Virus record (IMG/VR): IMGVR_UViG_3300047550_006186
Length of the DNA stretch: 64,000 nt
Reading direction: 5' to 3' (one strand)
Origin: a virus
Numbering within the stretch: the stretch's first letter is position 1; every line of letters begins with the position of its first letter. Of this stretch, positions 35,378 to 44,757 are shown one piece after another. The position numbers were made by a program, and so were the translations under genes. Under the pieces are notes generated by a model. The model was not told the origin of the DNA and made no database searches. It worked only from the letters and a program-made list of their open reading frames with translations.

Positions 35378-36694
35378 CTAGTACAAACAAGCAGCGATAG
35401 CATAAATCAGTATCCCGCTCTTTGTAGATGAAAATCTAGAAACAGCACTCGTTACCGAACTCAGCTGAACACGATACTTCAATTTCGCGTTTTTGATCGA
35501 GTTGTGAAAATCAACCCATGAAGTGATTTTGGTGATATCAAGCCCGTCTTTCTTCCATTGATTCAGTGGTTTGATGTCATCCAACTTCAGTGGCGGATAC
35601 ATACACAGTGATTTTTGATATTTGTAGTTGACCCTACGGGCGATTTCCCAGGCCGCGGCACAGGGGTCAGGTAGTTCCGAATGCAAGAGGTTACCAATTG
35701 TGCTCGAGTAAGCGCAGTTGACCTCGGTTACTTCAATGCCCAGTTGATCCGATAGTTTTGTGATAGTCCATTGAAATAGCTCCCTATTCCATTGGTTGTT
35801 GACCAACCTGTTGAAGTTGCGACCTTTTTTGGCATCTCTGGCACCCATTGTTAGCTGTTCGATGCCAATTTCGCTAACTCGATAATGCCTAGCCAATCGA
35901 ATGATTGCGTGAGCTATTTCCTTGGTCTCGTGATCTCGCTTGTTGTCATCAACTCTTGATTCTTTGCTCCAAGCGTAAACCTTTGATTTGACTAGATGTT
36001 CTCGTCCATCTTTGAAATCAATTATTGTGATACCAATATAATTTGGGTTTTGGTCAATGCCCATTATGCGATAGTTCAAATGGTTAAGGATTATTGGTTG
36101 TTTTTCTTGTTCGAAACTCAAATAAATTTGACCTCTCTTGAGTTGGACTTGAATTGGGATTGATCCAATATTGTTAATCAGATGCTGGATTTGTTTGCGT
36201 TGATTGCGACCAACTTGAAATGGGATTTCGACTCTTGTGTGTTTATTTGGCTTGTAGATCAAAATATCGTCAGCTAACTTACTGAAATCAAACAATCTAT
36301 TTGACTTTTGAACAGCTTCGCCTTGTAGCATCATTGGTCTGAGTCGCAGTTGGTGCCATTCGGATGTGGTGATTTTCCCACTAGATCGCTTGAAAAAATT
36401 GGCTCTGCTGCCCCACACAATTTTGGCAGATTTGCGTTGACCTGATTTGATCTGTGATTGGTGCGCTGCATATTGGGTTTGTGCATCTAGGATCGCACAT
36501 TGAGCTATCCAGGAATTCACCGAGTCTTCGTTGTTGGATTTAGGATTTGACCATCTCTCTTTGACCAGAGATCTGATTTCTTTTTGCTTCAACCCTTGGC
36601 TAGTTCGCTCGTAAGCATACCGAAATATTGCAGAGTACTGCAATTGATAGGGCAAAAGCACAATCGGCGTTGAAAGTTTGAGTGTGGTAATCAT
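35378..36694 (-). CDS. tnpB: IS607-family TnpB (OrfB)
   Basis: 438 aa; RuvC-like/zinc-finger C-terminus, IS607-type accessory protein adjacent to serine recombinase. Confidence 0.65.
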   Translation of the reverse strand: MITTLKLSTPIVLLPYQLQYSAIFRYAYERTSQGLKQKEIRSLVKERWSNPKSNNEDSVNSWIAQCAILDAQTQYAAHQSQIKSGQRKSAKIVWGSRANFFKRSSGKITTSEWHQLRLRPMMLQGEAVQKSNRLFDFSKLADDILIYKPNKHTRVEIPFQVGRNQRKQIQHLINNIGSIPIQVQLKRGQIYLSFEQEKQPIILNHLNYRIMGIDQNPNYIGITIIDFKDGREHLVKSKVYAWSKESRVDDNKRDHETKEIAHAIIRLARHYRVSEIGIEQLTMGARDAKKGRNFNRLVNNQWNRELFQWTITKLSDQLGIEVTEVNCAYSSTIGNLLHSELPDPCAAAWEIARRVNYKYQKSLCMYPPLKLDDIKPLNQWKKDGLDITKITSWVDFHNSIKNAKLKYRVQLSSVTSAVSRFSSTKSGILIYAIAACLY

Positions 36695-36707
36695 TATTGC
36701 TACTTAT

Positions 36708-37310
36708 TTATGCTTGTTCTGTAGAAACCGCATCAATTAGGCATTTTTTTGCGCTTTTTAGTACTTTGCGTCTATTGCTGTACATCTTCATTGAGAAATG
36801 ATGAATGATTGAAATTAGATCTTGTGTCAATTCAGTTTCAAACGGAGTTATCTCGGCGTCATTTATGACAACAATTTTTGTGTTATATCGATCGAATAGT
36901 CTGGTGAAATAATCAAAACCAAATCGAGTAAGTCGATCTCGATATGTCACATAGACTGTGTCTACATTACCGGACATAACTAGATCCAATAACTCATTGA
37001 ATCCTTTACGATTTTCGTTCATGCCGCTGGCTATATCACTGATCGTCTGAACTGGATATCCTTGTTTAATAACAAAGTCTTGCACCAATTGCTGTTGACT
37101 AATAAGATCAGACTCCTGTTTCTTGTCACTGACTCGAGTGTAAGCTACGTGTATCCTCGGTCCTGATGTTGATTTGATTTCTGGGTAATAGAGATAACTG
37201 CTCTTCCCGACCCTAATGAAGTCAACTGTGTTGTTAATTCGCCAGTTCCGCAAAGTCTGTTTGCTAATGGCATATTTTTTCATAAATTGGCGTGCTGTGA
37301 TATATTTCAT
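36708..37310 (-). CDS. tnpA: IS607-family serine recombinase (TnpA) with N-terminal MerR-like HTH
   Basis: MerR-like HTH (ISKQTLRNWRINN) + resolvase catalytic domain (AYTRVSDKKQ...VYVTYRDRLTRFG). Confidence 0.75.
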   Translation of the reverse strand: MKYITARQFMKKYAISKQTLRNWRINNTVDFIRVGKSSYLYYPEIKSTSGPRIHVAYTRVSDKKQESDLISQQQLVQDFVIKQGYPVQTISDIASGMNENRKGFNELLDLVMSGNVDTVYVTYRDRLTRFGFDYFTRLFDRYNTKIVVINDAEITPFETELTQDLISIIHHFSMKMYSNRRKVLKSAKKCLIDAVSTEQA

Positions 37311-37359
37311 ACTTGTATTTATAACTTTTTTGCGCTATAAATGCAAATAACAATATAAT

Positions 37360-38286
37360 ATGGAACAAGAAGGTGAATCACAAGTGGATGGAAAAAAAGA
37401 TAGAGCACTGGGAGCCTTTGTGGGCTTGGCAGTTGGTGATGCACTAGGCGCACCCGTGGAATTTAAAGAACCTGGAGAATTTTCTCCAGTCAAGGATTAT
37501 GCCTACAGCTATGTGTGGCAAATACCACCCGGCTATTGGACAGATGACACCAGCATGGCTGTGTGTTTGGCCGAAAGCATCCTACACAAGAATGATGTGC
37601 TGCCAGACGACATTTTGCAGAGGTTTGTACGCTGGTATGTTCATGGTGAGAACAGCCCTACCGGTAGATGTTTTGATATCGGCAGCACAACCAGAAGCAA
37701 TATCAAGCGTTACATTGACCAAGGAGTATATACACCTGCTCCCAACATTGCGTGGCAGAGTGGCAACGGTGGTATAATGAGATTGAGCCCCGTTGCAGTT
37801 AGATACTGGCAGGATCCAGAACTGGCTGCTGAGTTGAGCATTGTGCAAAGCCAAACAACTCATGGAAGTGATGAATGTGTCAAATGCGCCGCAGATTTGG
37901 GAAAGCTTTTGGCAAGAGCTATTCAAGGACAGCTAATTTGGCAAGAACTAGTTGATCAGCTAGGACAAATTTCTACCAACCAGATCAGCAACAGCGGGCA
38001 AGCCAGCACAACCTTGTTGGCAGCCAAATGGTGTGTGGCTACCACAAGCAATTTTGAAGATGCTGTGTGCAAAGCTGTGAATTTGGGTGGCGATGCTGAC
38101 ACAATTGGGGCTGTGACTGGCCAGATAGCTGGTGGCATTTATGGCTTGAATAGTATTCCAGAACGATGGAAACAAGGACTATATGATTATGCAAGGTTGT
38201 TGGATCTTGCTCAGAGGTTGTTTGATAAAGAATACCACAGGGGCGGGTGTTGGCTGGCTTTCCGCGGCAGCCCCCAAGACCCATGA
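37360..38286 (+). CDS. ADP-ribosylglycohydrolase (ARH/DraG family)
   Basis: GAFVGLAVGDALG, TDDTSM, GGDADTIGAVTGQIAGGIYG. Confidence 0.8.
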   Translation: MEQEGESQVDGKKDRALGAFVGLAVGDALGAPVEFKEPGEFSPVKDYAYSYVWQIPPGYWTDDTSMAVCLAESILHKNDVLPDDILQRFVRWYVHGENSPTGRCFDIGSTTRSNIKRYIDQGVYTPAPNIAWQSGNGGIMRLSPVAVRYWQDPELAAELSIVQSQTTHGSDECVKCAADLGKLLARAIQGQLIWQELVDQLGQISTNQISNSGQASTTLLAAKWCVATTSNFEDAVCKAVNLGGDADTIGAVTGQIAGGIYGLNSIPERWKQGLYDYARLLDLAQRLFDKEYHRGGCWLAFRGSPQDP

Positions 38287-38400
38287 TTTGCCCAGGTGGT
38301 GAAATTGATAACCACCCTGCTTGCGTCTGTAGGCCCACTAGTAGAGTCAGTGGTTTGAGGGGCCATCCAGTGGAGGTTCAAATCCTCTCGGATGCACCAA

Positions 38401-39204
38401 TTATTTTTTGCACACAAGAGCTCTTGCTTGTGCAAGAGCTCTTGTGTTCACAGGCCAAATGGCTCGGCGAATATTTTTTGCATCAGGTGTGGGAAATTGG
38501 ATGCCAGTATAGCCTTCAATAGTTTCCACAGTGGTTTGAACAGCAGCTATTTCACCACCCAGGTCAGTTTGATGCGGAAACAAAAATGCCAACGTTTCAC
38601 CAGTTTGGTTGTTGATGACAATTTTGTAAAATGCTTGTGGAACAATCACATGGTTTTGCAGACGTGGACCGGCATAATCATATATGCTGCCAGTATAAAT
38701 GGTGAGACTGCCCATGTTGTAGGCCCAGCTACGGATAATAGCCTCCAACTCTCGCCACAATCCACGATTTAGGCCAGGCAATTGAGGTGCCATGTTGCTG
38801 AGTAAAAAACTTTCCTTTTGCACTTGAGGATGCCAGCTGAGATCAGCGTTGGGAGCCAAGTGCCCCATGTCATAGCCACTCTTTCTATAGTCATTCAATT
38901 CTGCTCTTTGACCTCTGGGCAAACTTTGGTCAGCCTCAAAGGCATCTTGCCGGGGCAAGCAAGCAAGTGTTTGGTCTTTGTTCAAGGTATACACCACCCA
39001 GGCAGCCACCAGAGCACGATTGTCGTGCATGAGAGCATAACCATGCCTGCATATGGGTTGACCTGTGGGGAGATTGATCTGTGGAAACCCAAAAGGTGCC
39101 AAACTTGCACAAGTTTGCCAGGGCCTGGGAGGCAGTTGGTCGGCTGCAATACTGCTGCTGGAAATGCCTACTATGAGTAGGGTGGCAAAAATAATTCTAA
39201 TCAT
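38401..39204 (-). CDS. nucA: Secreted non-specific DNA/RNA endonuclease (Serratia NucA / Endonuclease_NS family)
   Basis: Signal peptide; His-Me finger region SGYDMGHLAPNAD...N (DRGH-like). Confidence 0.65.
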   Translation of the reverse strand: MIRIIFATLLIVGISSSSIAADQLPPRPWQTCASLAPFGFPQINLPTGQPICRHGYALMHDNRALVAAWVVYTLNKDQTLACLPRQDAFEADQSLPRGQRAELNDYRKSGYDMGHLAPNADLSWHPQVQKESFLLSNMAPQLPGLNRGLWRELEAIIRSWAYNMGSLTIYTGSIYDYAGPRLQNHVIVPQAFYKIVINNQTGETLAFLFPHQTDLGGEIAAVQTTVETIEGYTGIQFPTPDAKNIRRAIWPVNTRALAQARALVCKK

Positions 39205-39331
39205 GGATCTTCCTTGAGGGTTGACTTGAGTGAACTACCACGCCCTAAAAGGATATGTCTTCAACAAAAAGTCTACCATAAATATTTAGGAGATACACTC
39301 CCACATCAATGTTATCAATAGGTTAGCGCAA

Positions 39332-39706
39332 ATGCCTCTCACACACAAGGACCAACAGTTATGGAACGCTGTGATCAAAGATGTGCAACCTCTGGATAGT
39401 GTGCAAATAGCACGTCAAGACAATGCCCCGTCCAGAAAAATTGTACCTAGAAAACCTCCCAATCACCCTACTGTGGATTTGCATGGTCTGACTTTGGCGG
39501 ATGCGCATGCTCGTATCCAAGATCATTTGCATGAGACCAAACAATCCTACAAATTTGTCACAATCATCACCGGCAAAAGTGGACAGTTAAGACAAGATGT
39601 GCCCAGATGGATTGAACATATGCCAGGAGTGCGCAAGATTGATCCAGCTGAAGACCTGGGCAGTGTGAAAGTTTGGTTCAAGAACACTCGGCAAAAGAAC
39701 AAATAG
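39332..39706 (+). CDS. Smr-domain protein
   Basis: VDLHGLTLADAHARIQDHL...VTIITGKSG. Confidence 0.7.
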   Translation: MPLTHKDQQLWNAVIKDVQPLDSVQIARQDNAPSRKIVPRKPPNHPTVDLHGLTLADAHARIQDHLHETKQSYKFVTIITGKSGQLRQDVPRWIEHMPGVRKIDPAEDLGSVKVWFKNTRQKNK

Positions 39707-39710
39707 GTGA

Positions 39711-40996
39711 TGTGAACTACCACGCCCTAAAGGGCTGTGGCTTCCTGCTTCATCGTAGTGGCTGATATCTCACCCCAATGGGTGAGAATATCTGCCATCA
39801 CATCCACAGGCGCTTGGGGCAGTTCCTGCCCTGCATGATCTATTGTCCATTGTTGATGTCCCCAGTTGCGAATATTGATGGCTGCATTCGTGTCTCTGTG
39901 CTGTGTTGTGCCGCAGGCGTCGCAATGGTATTCTCGCTGAGCGAGGTCCATGTGACTTTTGCGGGTGCCACATGCACTACAGGTCTTGCTGCTGGGTAGC
40001 CACTGATTGATCTTGACAAGATGATGACCTTGCCTTTGGCACTTGTAGGCCAATGCACCAATCAACATAGCCCAATCCGCATCTGCTATGGCCTTGGCTG
40101 TGGCCTTGCTCTTGCGTCTCATCTCATCAATTTTCAGTGTTTCAACACACACCAGGTCATGTGATTTGGCTATTCTCGCACTTGTCTGATGTATATGGTT
40201 AGTTCTTTGGCAGCGAACCAGATCATGGGTTCGGGCCAGTTTTTGTTTTGCTTTTGTTCTATTCCTACTTGCTTTTTGTTTTCTGGATAGCTTGCGTTGT
40301 AACTGTTTGATACGTGCTTGTTTCTTCCCCAATGGCTTGGGATTTGCAACTAGCTCACCAGTTGATAGTGCTGTGAATTTGCTGTTGACATCCACACCCA
40401 CTGGGTTGGTTATGTTTTGAACCAATGGCAATTCAGTCACATCAACCACAAATGAGGCATACCAACCACCTGGTGTTTGAATCACAGTCACACCCTTAAA
40501 CTTGGGAAGATCTCGATGGAGTACAATCTTGATATCACCAATCTTGGGTAGATATAGCTTGTTGTTGTCAACTCTCACGTTTTGTTGATATCTAAAACTT
40601 ATAGGAGTTGTGTATTTGCTTTTGAACCGTGGGAATCCAGCACCTGTCTTTTTCATATTTTTCAGTGCTGTATCCAAGTCACTTATGCTCTGTTGTAGTA
40701 CTTGACTGTAGGTATCTGATAACCATTTGTTGTGTTTCTTCAATTCAGTCAGTTGTTTGCACATATCAAACTGCCAAACAAACTTTTTAGTATTGGCATA
40801 TTCATCAATGTTGATCTTGAGGAAATGATTGTATAGATATCGCACTGCTCCGCCCACAGAACGCATGTGTTGTTCCTGTTGTGGGGTTGGATAAATTCTA
40901 TAGCGATATCGCTGTTTCATAAATCAATTGATATAATCTATTCAAAAAGCCGCTATCCATCCAGGGCCTAAAGGCGCCTGGCTTTCCGCGGCGGGA
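39711..40996 (-). mobile_element. IS200/IS605-family element A, copy 1 (tnpB only, no tnpA)
   Basis: RE gtgaactaccacgccctaaagggctgtggcttcctgcttcatcgtagtggctgatatctcacc; LE ...ccgctatccatccagggcctaaaggcgcctggctttccgcggcggg; near-identical to copies at 50165 and 63009. Confidence 0.75.
39727..40920 (-). CDS. tnpB: TnpB (IS605 OrfB family, RuvC-like + Zn finger)
   Basis: 397 aa; MKQRYRYRIYPT N-terminus, C-terminal CSACG...CDACG zinc finger; 3 near-identical copies. Confidence 0.85.
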   Translation of the reverse strand: MKQRYRYRIYPTPQQEQHMRSVGGAVRYLYNHFLKINIDEYANTKKFVWQFDMCKQLTELKKHNKWLSDTYSQVLQQSISDLDTALKNMKKTGAGFPRFKSKYTTPISFRYQQNVRVDNNKLYLPKIGDIKIVLHRDLPKFKGVTVIQTPGGWYASFVVDVTELPLVQNITNPVGVDVNSKFTALSTGELVANPKPLGKKQARIKQLQRKLSRKQKASRNRTKAKQKLARTHDLVRCQRTNHIHQTSARIAKSHDLVCVETLKIDEMRRKSKATAKAIADADWAMLIGALAYKCQRQGHHLVKINQWLPSSKTCSACGTRKSHMDLAQREYHCDACGTTQHRDTNAAINIRNWGHQQWTIDHAGQELPQAPVDVMADILTHWGEISATTMKQEATAL

Positions 40997-41301
40997 GATA
41001 ATTATCAATAACTATGCAGGTGCAGCATAGCGGCTATTGCGCCACGTCACCAACGTGACTTTCATGGGTTGGAGACCCATCGTCTGCTCCACTCTTTTCT
41101 ATCTTAAATAGTTGCATGAAAATCCATGAACTGCTCAAAGCCCCAACTATTAGAAGCGTGACCACTCGCAGTGGGCAGATTGATCGTCGCCGCGCAGAAA
41201 GGGTGGAAGATCCCAGGGGATATTTTGCCAAGGCCAGCAGTCCTCTTATGCCCAAACGCAAAAAATAGATATTTCTCTCAAGGTTTCCTGTGTCTTACCT
41301 C

Positions 41302-41610
41302 CTGCCGCGGAAAGCCAGGCGCCTATAGCCCCTGGAGGGATAGCGGCTTGTGACACAACTATTTTTTTTTGAATCTGGTTGCATTTGTGTTAACCTCTAT
41401 GTATAAACAATATTAGTGATGTAGCAAGAGTCCCAACGGGCTTGGGATATCCGGACAGCAATACCGCAGGGACTAGGGCAGGAAGTGCCACGAGTCCGTA
41501 AAAAATATCGCCAGTGGACCAGAACACACACCAATGAATAAGTCCATTGGCTAAAGGTGAATTGGAATCTAGCAGGAAGCCACAGCCCTTTAGGGCGTGT
41601 GGTACTTCAC
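41302..41610 (+). mobile_element. About 310-bp MITE derived from IS element A (LE + short interior + RE)
   Basis: cctgccgcggaaagccaggcgcc...ggatagcgg (LE) ... ggactagggcaggaagtgcc ... agcaggaagccacagccctttagggcgtgtggtacttcac (RE). Confidence 0.5.
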
Positions 41611-41688
41611 AGTAGAGACACTTGACTTGGTCTACCAACAACTGTTGTTGAATACAGTTCAATTTTTTTAAAATGAAAGGAAACTACA

Positions 41689-42189
41689 ATGAATTTTCGT
41701 GAACTAGCACTAGCTGCTATTGCAACTCTTGCCCTGACTATGACCCATGCAGTTGCTGAGCCGTTGAAGGGTGTCTATGTGGGCGCTAATTTGGGCACAA
41801 CCATGCAGGATGCCAATCGTGGCATGATGGGTGCCACGATTGGTTATCAATTCTGCAACAATTTTGCAGTGGAGGCTACCTATGACTACAATCAGGTCAC
41901 TGGTAGTCCCAACAATGCACAGATGCTGATGGTTAACGCAGTGACTGGCTATCCCAACAGCAGCCCGTTCACACCCTATGTGTTGGTGGGAACTGGTGTG
42001 GGTTGGAATGCAGCAGGAAACACAACCAGCAACTCAGCACTGGGTGTGTGGGATGTGGGCGCAGGCTTCAAGGTAGCTATCTCTGACCGGCTGATCCTGG
42101 ACAATCGTTATCGTTATGTGGCTCCATATAATGCTGCCAGCGGACGTGATGCTCAGGTGATCACCACAGGTATCAACTACAAGTTCTGA
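41689..42189 (+). CDS. Outer-membrane beta-barrel protein (OmpA-like/OmpW-like 8-strand barrel)
   Basis: Signal peptide, alternating amphipathic beta-strands, aromatic girdle, C-terminal ...GINYKF. Confidence 0.6.
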   Translation: MNFRELALAAIATLALTMTHAVAEPLKGVYVGANLGTTMQDANRGMMGATIGYQFCNNFAVEATYDYNQVTGSPNNAQMLMVNAVTGYPNSSPFTPYVLVGTGVGWNAAGNTTSNSALGVWDVGAGFKVAISDRLILDNRYRYVAPYNAASGRDAQVITTGINYKF

Positions 42190-42229
42190 TTAGATCCCTT
42201 GTTTGTGATCAAGGAGTAGTTGAAAACAA

Positions 42230-43657
42230 CTACTCCTTTTCTTGGCCTGCACCAAGGGCACGCAACTGCTGTTTCAAGGCATTTTTATCAATCATGCCAC
42301 TGCTGAATCTGCTGAACAGATTGATCACAGTGGCTTGTTTGTTAGCCCCAGTGGGATTTAACAGTTTGTATAACTTGGTGGCATATTCCTGTTTTTCAGT
42401 ATTGGGATCAGCAGCAATGGCAATTGCCCTCACATACCTCAACATGGTCAGCTTGATCTGTTGTTGGTTTTCCAAATAGTTGCCACCAGCACTGCGGAAT
42501 TCCACATATTTTGTTTTGACGTTCACACTTGTGTATTTGTTTTCTGATGGTCTCGACACAATCTGGCTGGCCAAATTCATCAAGCCATTGCGCATGGCGT
42601 CCAATGCTTGCTGTACTGGAAAATTTGGATGTTGATCCATATAGGATTGCATACGATCAATAGCACTCACAGTGTAACTATTGGCTTGCCTACCATATTG
42701 TTCCAACACATATTTGTCGCCCAGGAACAATACCAATTTGATCCAATCAATATTGCGTGTAGTTTGCTCAGGAAGACTCACACTAATATGAAATCCTGTG
42801 CTTGCGTTTGTTAGGCATCCATAATTTCTTGCCCAGTCAAAAACTTTATCTATCCACTCTAGGCTTTGTCCAAGGGGAAAAGGAGGACTGGGAGTGATCA
42901 ATTCCAACCCCGCATATTCACTGTCATCAGGGGTTCTAATGCTGCTGTCTGGTTCCAAAACCCATCGGCCAGGCTCCCTAGATGCACCATGGTAGTCTTT
43001 ACTGGCATTCACAGGAACACCCAGATCACGCTTTATGTCTCTAGCAACATCATAGATTGCATCAGGATTGCCATCAGGGCTAGTTATATGTGGCCAGGAT
43101 AAATTATAGGCTGTTTCAATATCCGTCATGTTGCGGTAGCCTTGGGCTCGCAACCAGTCACTCTCTGTGTAGTCCCTATAGATTTCGTCTCTCAATTCAT
43201 CCTGAGCTTGCCACTCATATTGTTGGTATTGTCTGCCCCCAGGGTTGTCCATGATTTCTTGTATTTCTGGTTCAGTTAGCCCGTCTTGGTTGGCCAATTC
43301 TCTAATATTGTCATCACGTATGTCCAAGAACTTTTCATAGACAATTTCATTCAGCCATTCCATGAAATCGTCACCTAGTTCATCATGTAATTCAGCAGCT
43401 TCTCGTGGGCTCAAAGGATTGTCACCTTGTTGGAAAAAATTCACAATCTGCTCAATATCATAGCATCGTTCATCCTGATCATAATCAGGACCAATATCGA
43501 GCTCATCACCCATTCCACCTTCTATGGGTACCACCAATTCGGCCTCAAAGCCCACCAGGATACCTTGTGCTTGGGCACTGTTGGCAAACGCCTGCAAACT
43601 GCTGGGGCTCATGCTGATTTCTTGTAGAGATTGTTCAAAAAGTTCTACTAATTTCAT
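42230..43657 (-). CDS. Putative amidoligase (glutamine-synthetase-like fold)
   Basis: ELITPSPPFPLGQSLEWIDKVFDWARNYGCLTNASTGFHISVSL resembles the phage GS-like amidoligase family core. Confidence 0.45.
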   Translation of the reverse strand: MKLVELFEQSLQEISMSPSSLQAFANSAQAQGILVGFEAELVVPIEGGMGDELDIGPDYDQDERCYDIEQIVNFFQQGDNPLSPREAAELHDELGDDFMEWLNEIVYEKFLDIRDDNIRELANQDGLTEPEIQEIMDNPGGRQYQQYEWQAQDELRDEIYRDYTESDWLRAQGYRNMTDIETAYNLSWPHITSPDGNPDAIYDVARDIKRDLGVPVNASKDYHGASREPGRWVLEPDSSIRTPDDSEYAGLELITPSPPFPLGQSLEWIDKVFDWARNYGCLTNASTGFHISVSLPEQTTRNIDWIKLVLFLGDKYVLEQYGRQANSYTVSAIDRMQSYMDQHPNFPVQQALDAMRNGLMNLASQIVSRPSENKYTSVNVKTKYVEFRSAGGNYLENQQQIKLTMLRYVRAIAIAADPNTEKQEYATKLYKLLNPTGANKQATVINLFSRFSSGMIDKNALKQQLRALGAGQEKE

Positions 43658-43986
43658 AGTTTTGTCTGTTCCTATAGTTCCTGACTATTTAAGAGAATTC
43701 AGCCAAATTTGGATGATGATTTTTATATTGACCCTGAGGAGATATCAGCTATAATAACAACACACAGGATAATGTAAATATCACTGTGTCCTGGTCAACT
43801 GATTATGATCAGGAATGGGTCAAACCGGTTGTTGTGGTTTGGTCCTGCGAGATTCGACCCGAATCTCCAAATCCCAAATCAAAACAGGAACACCTTGTTC
43901 CAGTTTTGTTTGTGACGTGGAAATAGGTTCACAGTCACGCAGGCGCAGAGAATAGGCTCTGGGTCCGCAACAAAGAGGAGATACTC

Positions 43987-44556
43987 ATGTCTATCCGCAC
44001 GTGGGCGGTAGGGGCCCTTCTTGCCCTGATCACTACTGTAAACCCTGCACCTGCTGCTGGGGTTACGTCTACTACCAAGTATAACTTTAGTACCCTGAAT
44101 GCACAAGTGACTATTCCCCAAGGATCCTTGCTGTCTACAGCAGAGAAAAAAGAGCTTGTTTGCGCCAGCTTGAATATCTATCACGAGGCTCGTGGAACCA
44201 CCCACAACAACAAATTGGGCGTTGTATGGGTAGTCAAGAACCGTATGAAGATCAAAAATCAATCTGCATGTGAAATTATATACGCACGAAACGGCAACAA
44301 AGGTCAGCCACAGTTCAGTTGGACTGCCCATAGGCACAGATCTTTGCTGGATAAACAAAGTTGGGATGATGCTCAACAAATTGCGTATGCAGTGTTGTTT
44401 GATGAATCTCACAGTGATATCACAAGAGGCAGCACACATTTTCACGAAAAACATGTGTCGCCTGCATGGAGTTTGAAATCCAGAAACAAGGTGATTTTGG
44501 GATCACACGTTTTTGTTAGGGTGGAAAGCTATCTACAAGCAGTGCAGGTTCCTTAG
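43987..44556 (+). CDS. SleB-like cell-wall hydrolase (Hydrolase_2 family), secreted
   Basis: Signal peptide; CASLNIYHEARGTTHNNKLGVVWVVKNR. Confidence 0.65.
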   Translation: MSIRTWAVGALLALITTVNPAPAAGVTSTTKYNFSTLNAQVTIPQGSLLSTAEKKELVCASLNIYHEARGTTHNNKLGVVWVVKNRMKIKNQSACEIIYARNGNKGQPQFSWTAHRHRSLLDKQSWDDAQQIAYAVLFDESHSDITRGSTHFHEKHVSPAWSLKSRNKVILGSHVFVRVESYLQAVQVP

Positions 44557-44718
44557 GGAACCTGCACCATCCAGGAACTGGGTCCTATGAGAACTCTAGT
44601 TGTAGGAAATAATTCGTCCACAGATTGTCTAGGACCAGGCCACGTATAATCATGTCCAGCTAGCCCACCTCCACTCTTGATCTTGGGCAACCACGCCAAA
44701 ATATCAGCTTTCACATGT

Positions 44719-44757
44719 TCGTGAACTACCACGCAGAGCGTGGTAGTTCACTCAGCT
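44719..44757. repeat. GTGAACTACCAC palindromic repeat (14-bp stem) between convergent genes
   Basis: gtgaactaccacgc-agag-gcgtggtagttcac. Confidence 0.55.

Larger units (their letters stand above)
35340..37350 (-). mobile_element. IS607-family element (tnpA serine recombinase + tnpB); ends not defined
   Basis: Adjacent serine recombinase and TnpB genes on minus strand. Confidence 0.55.
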
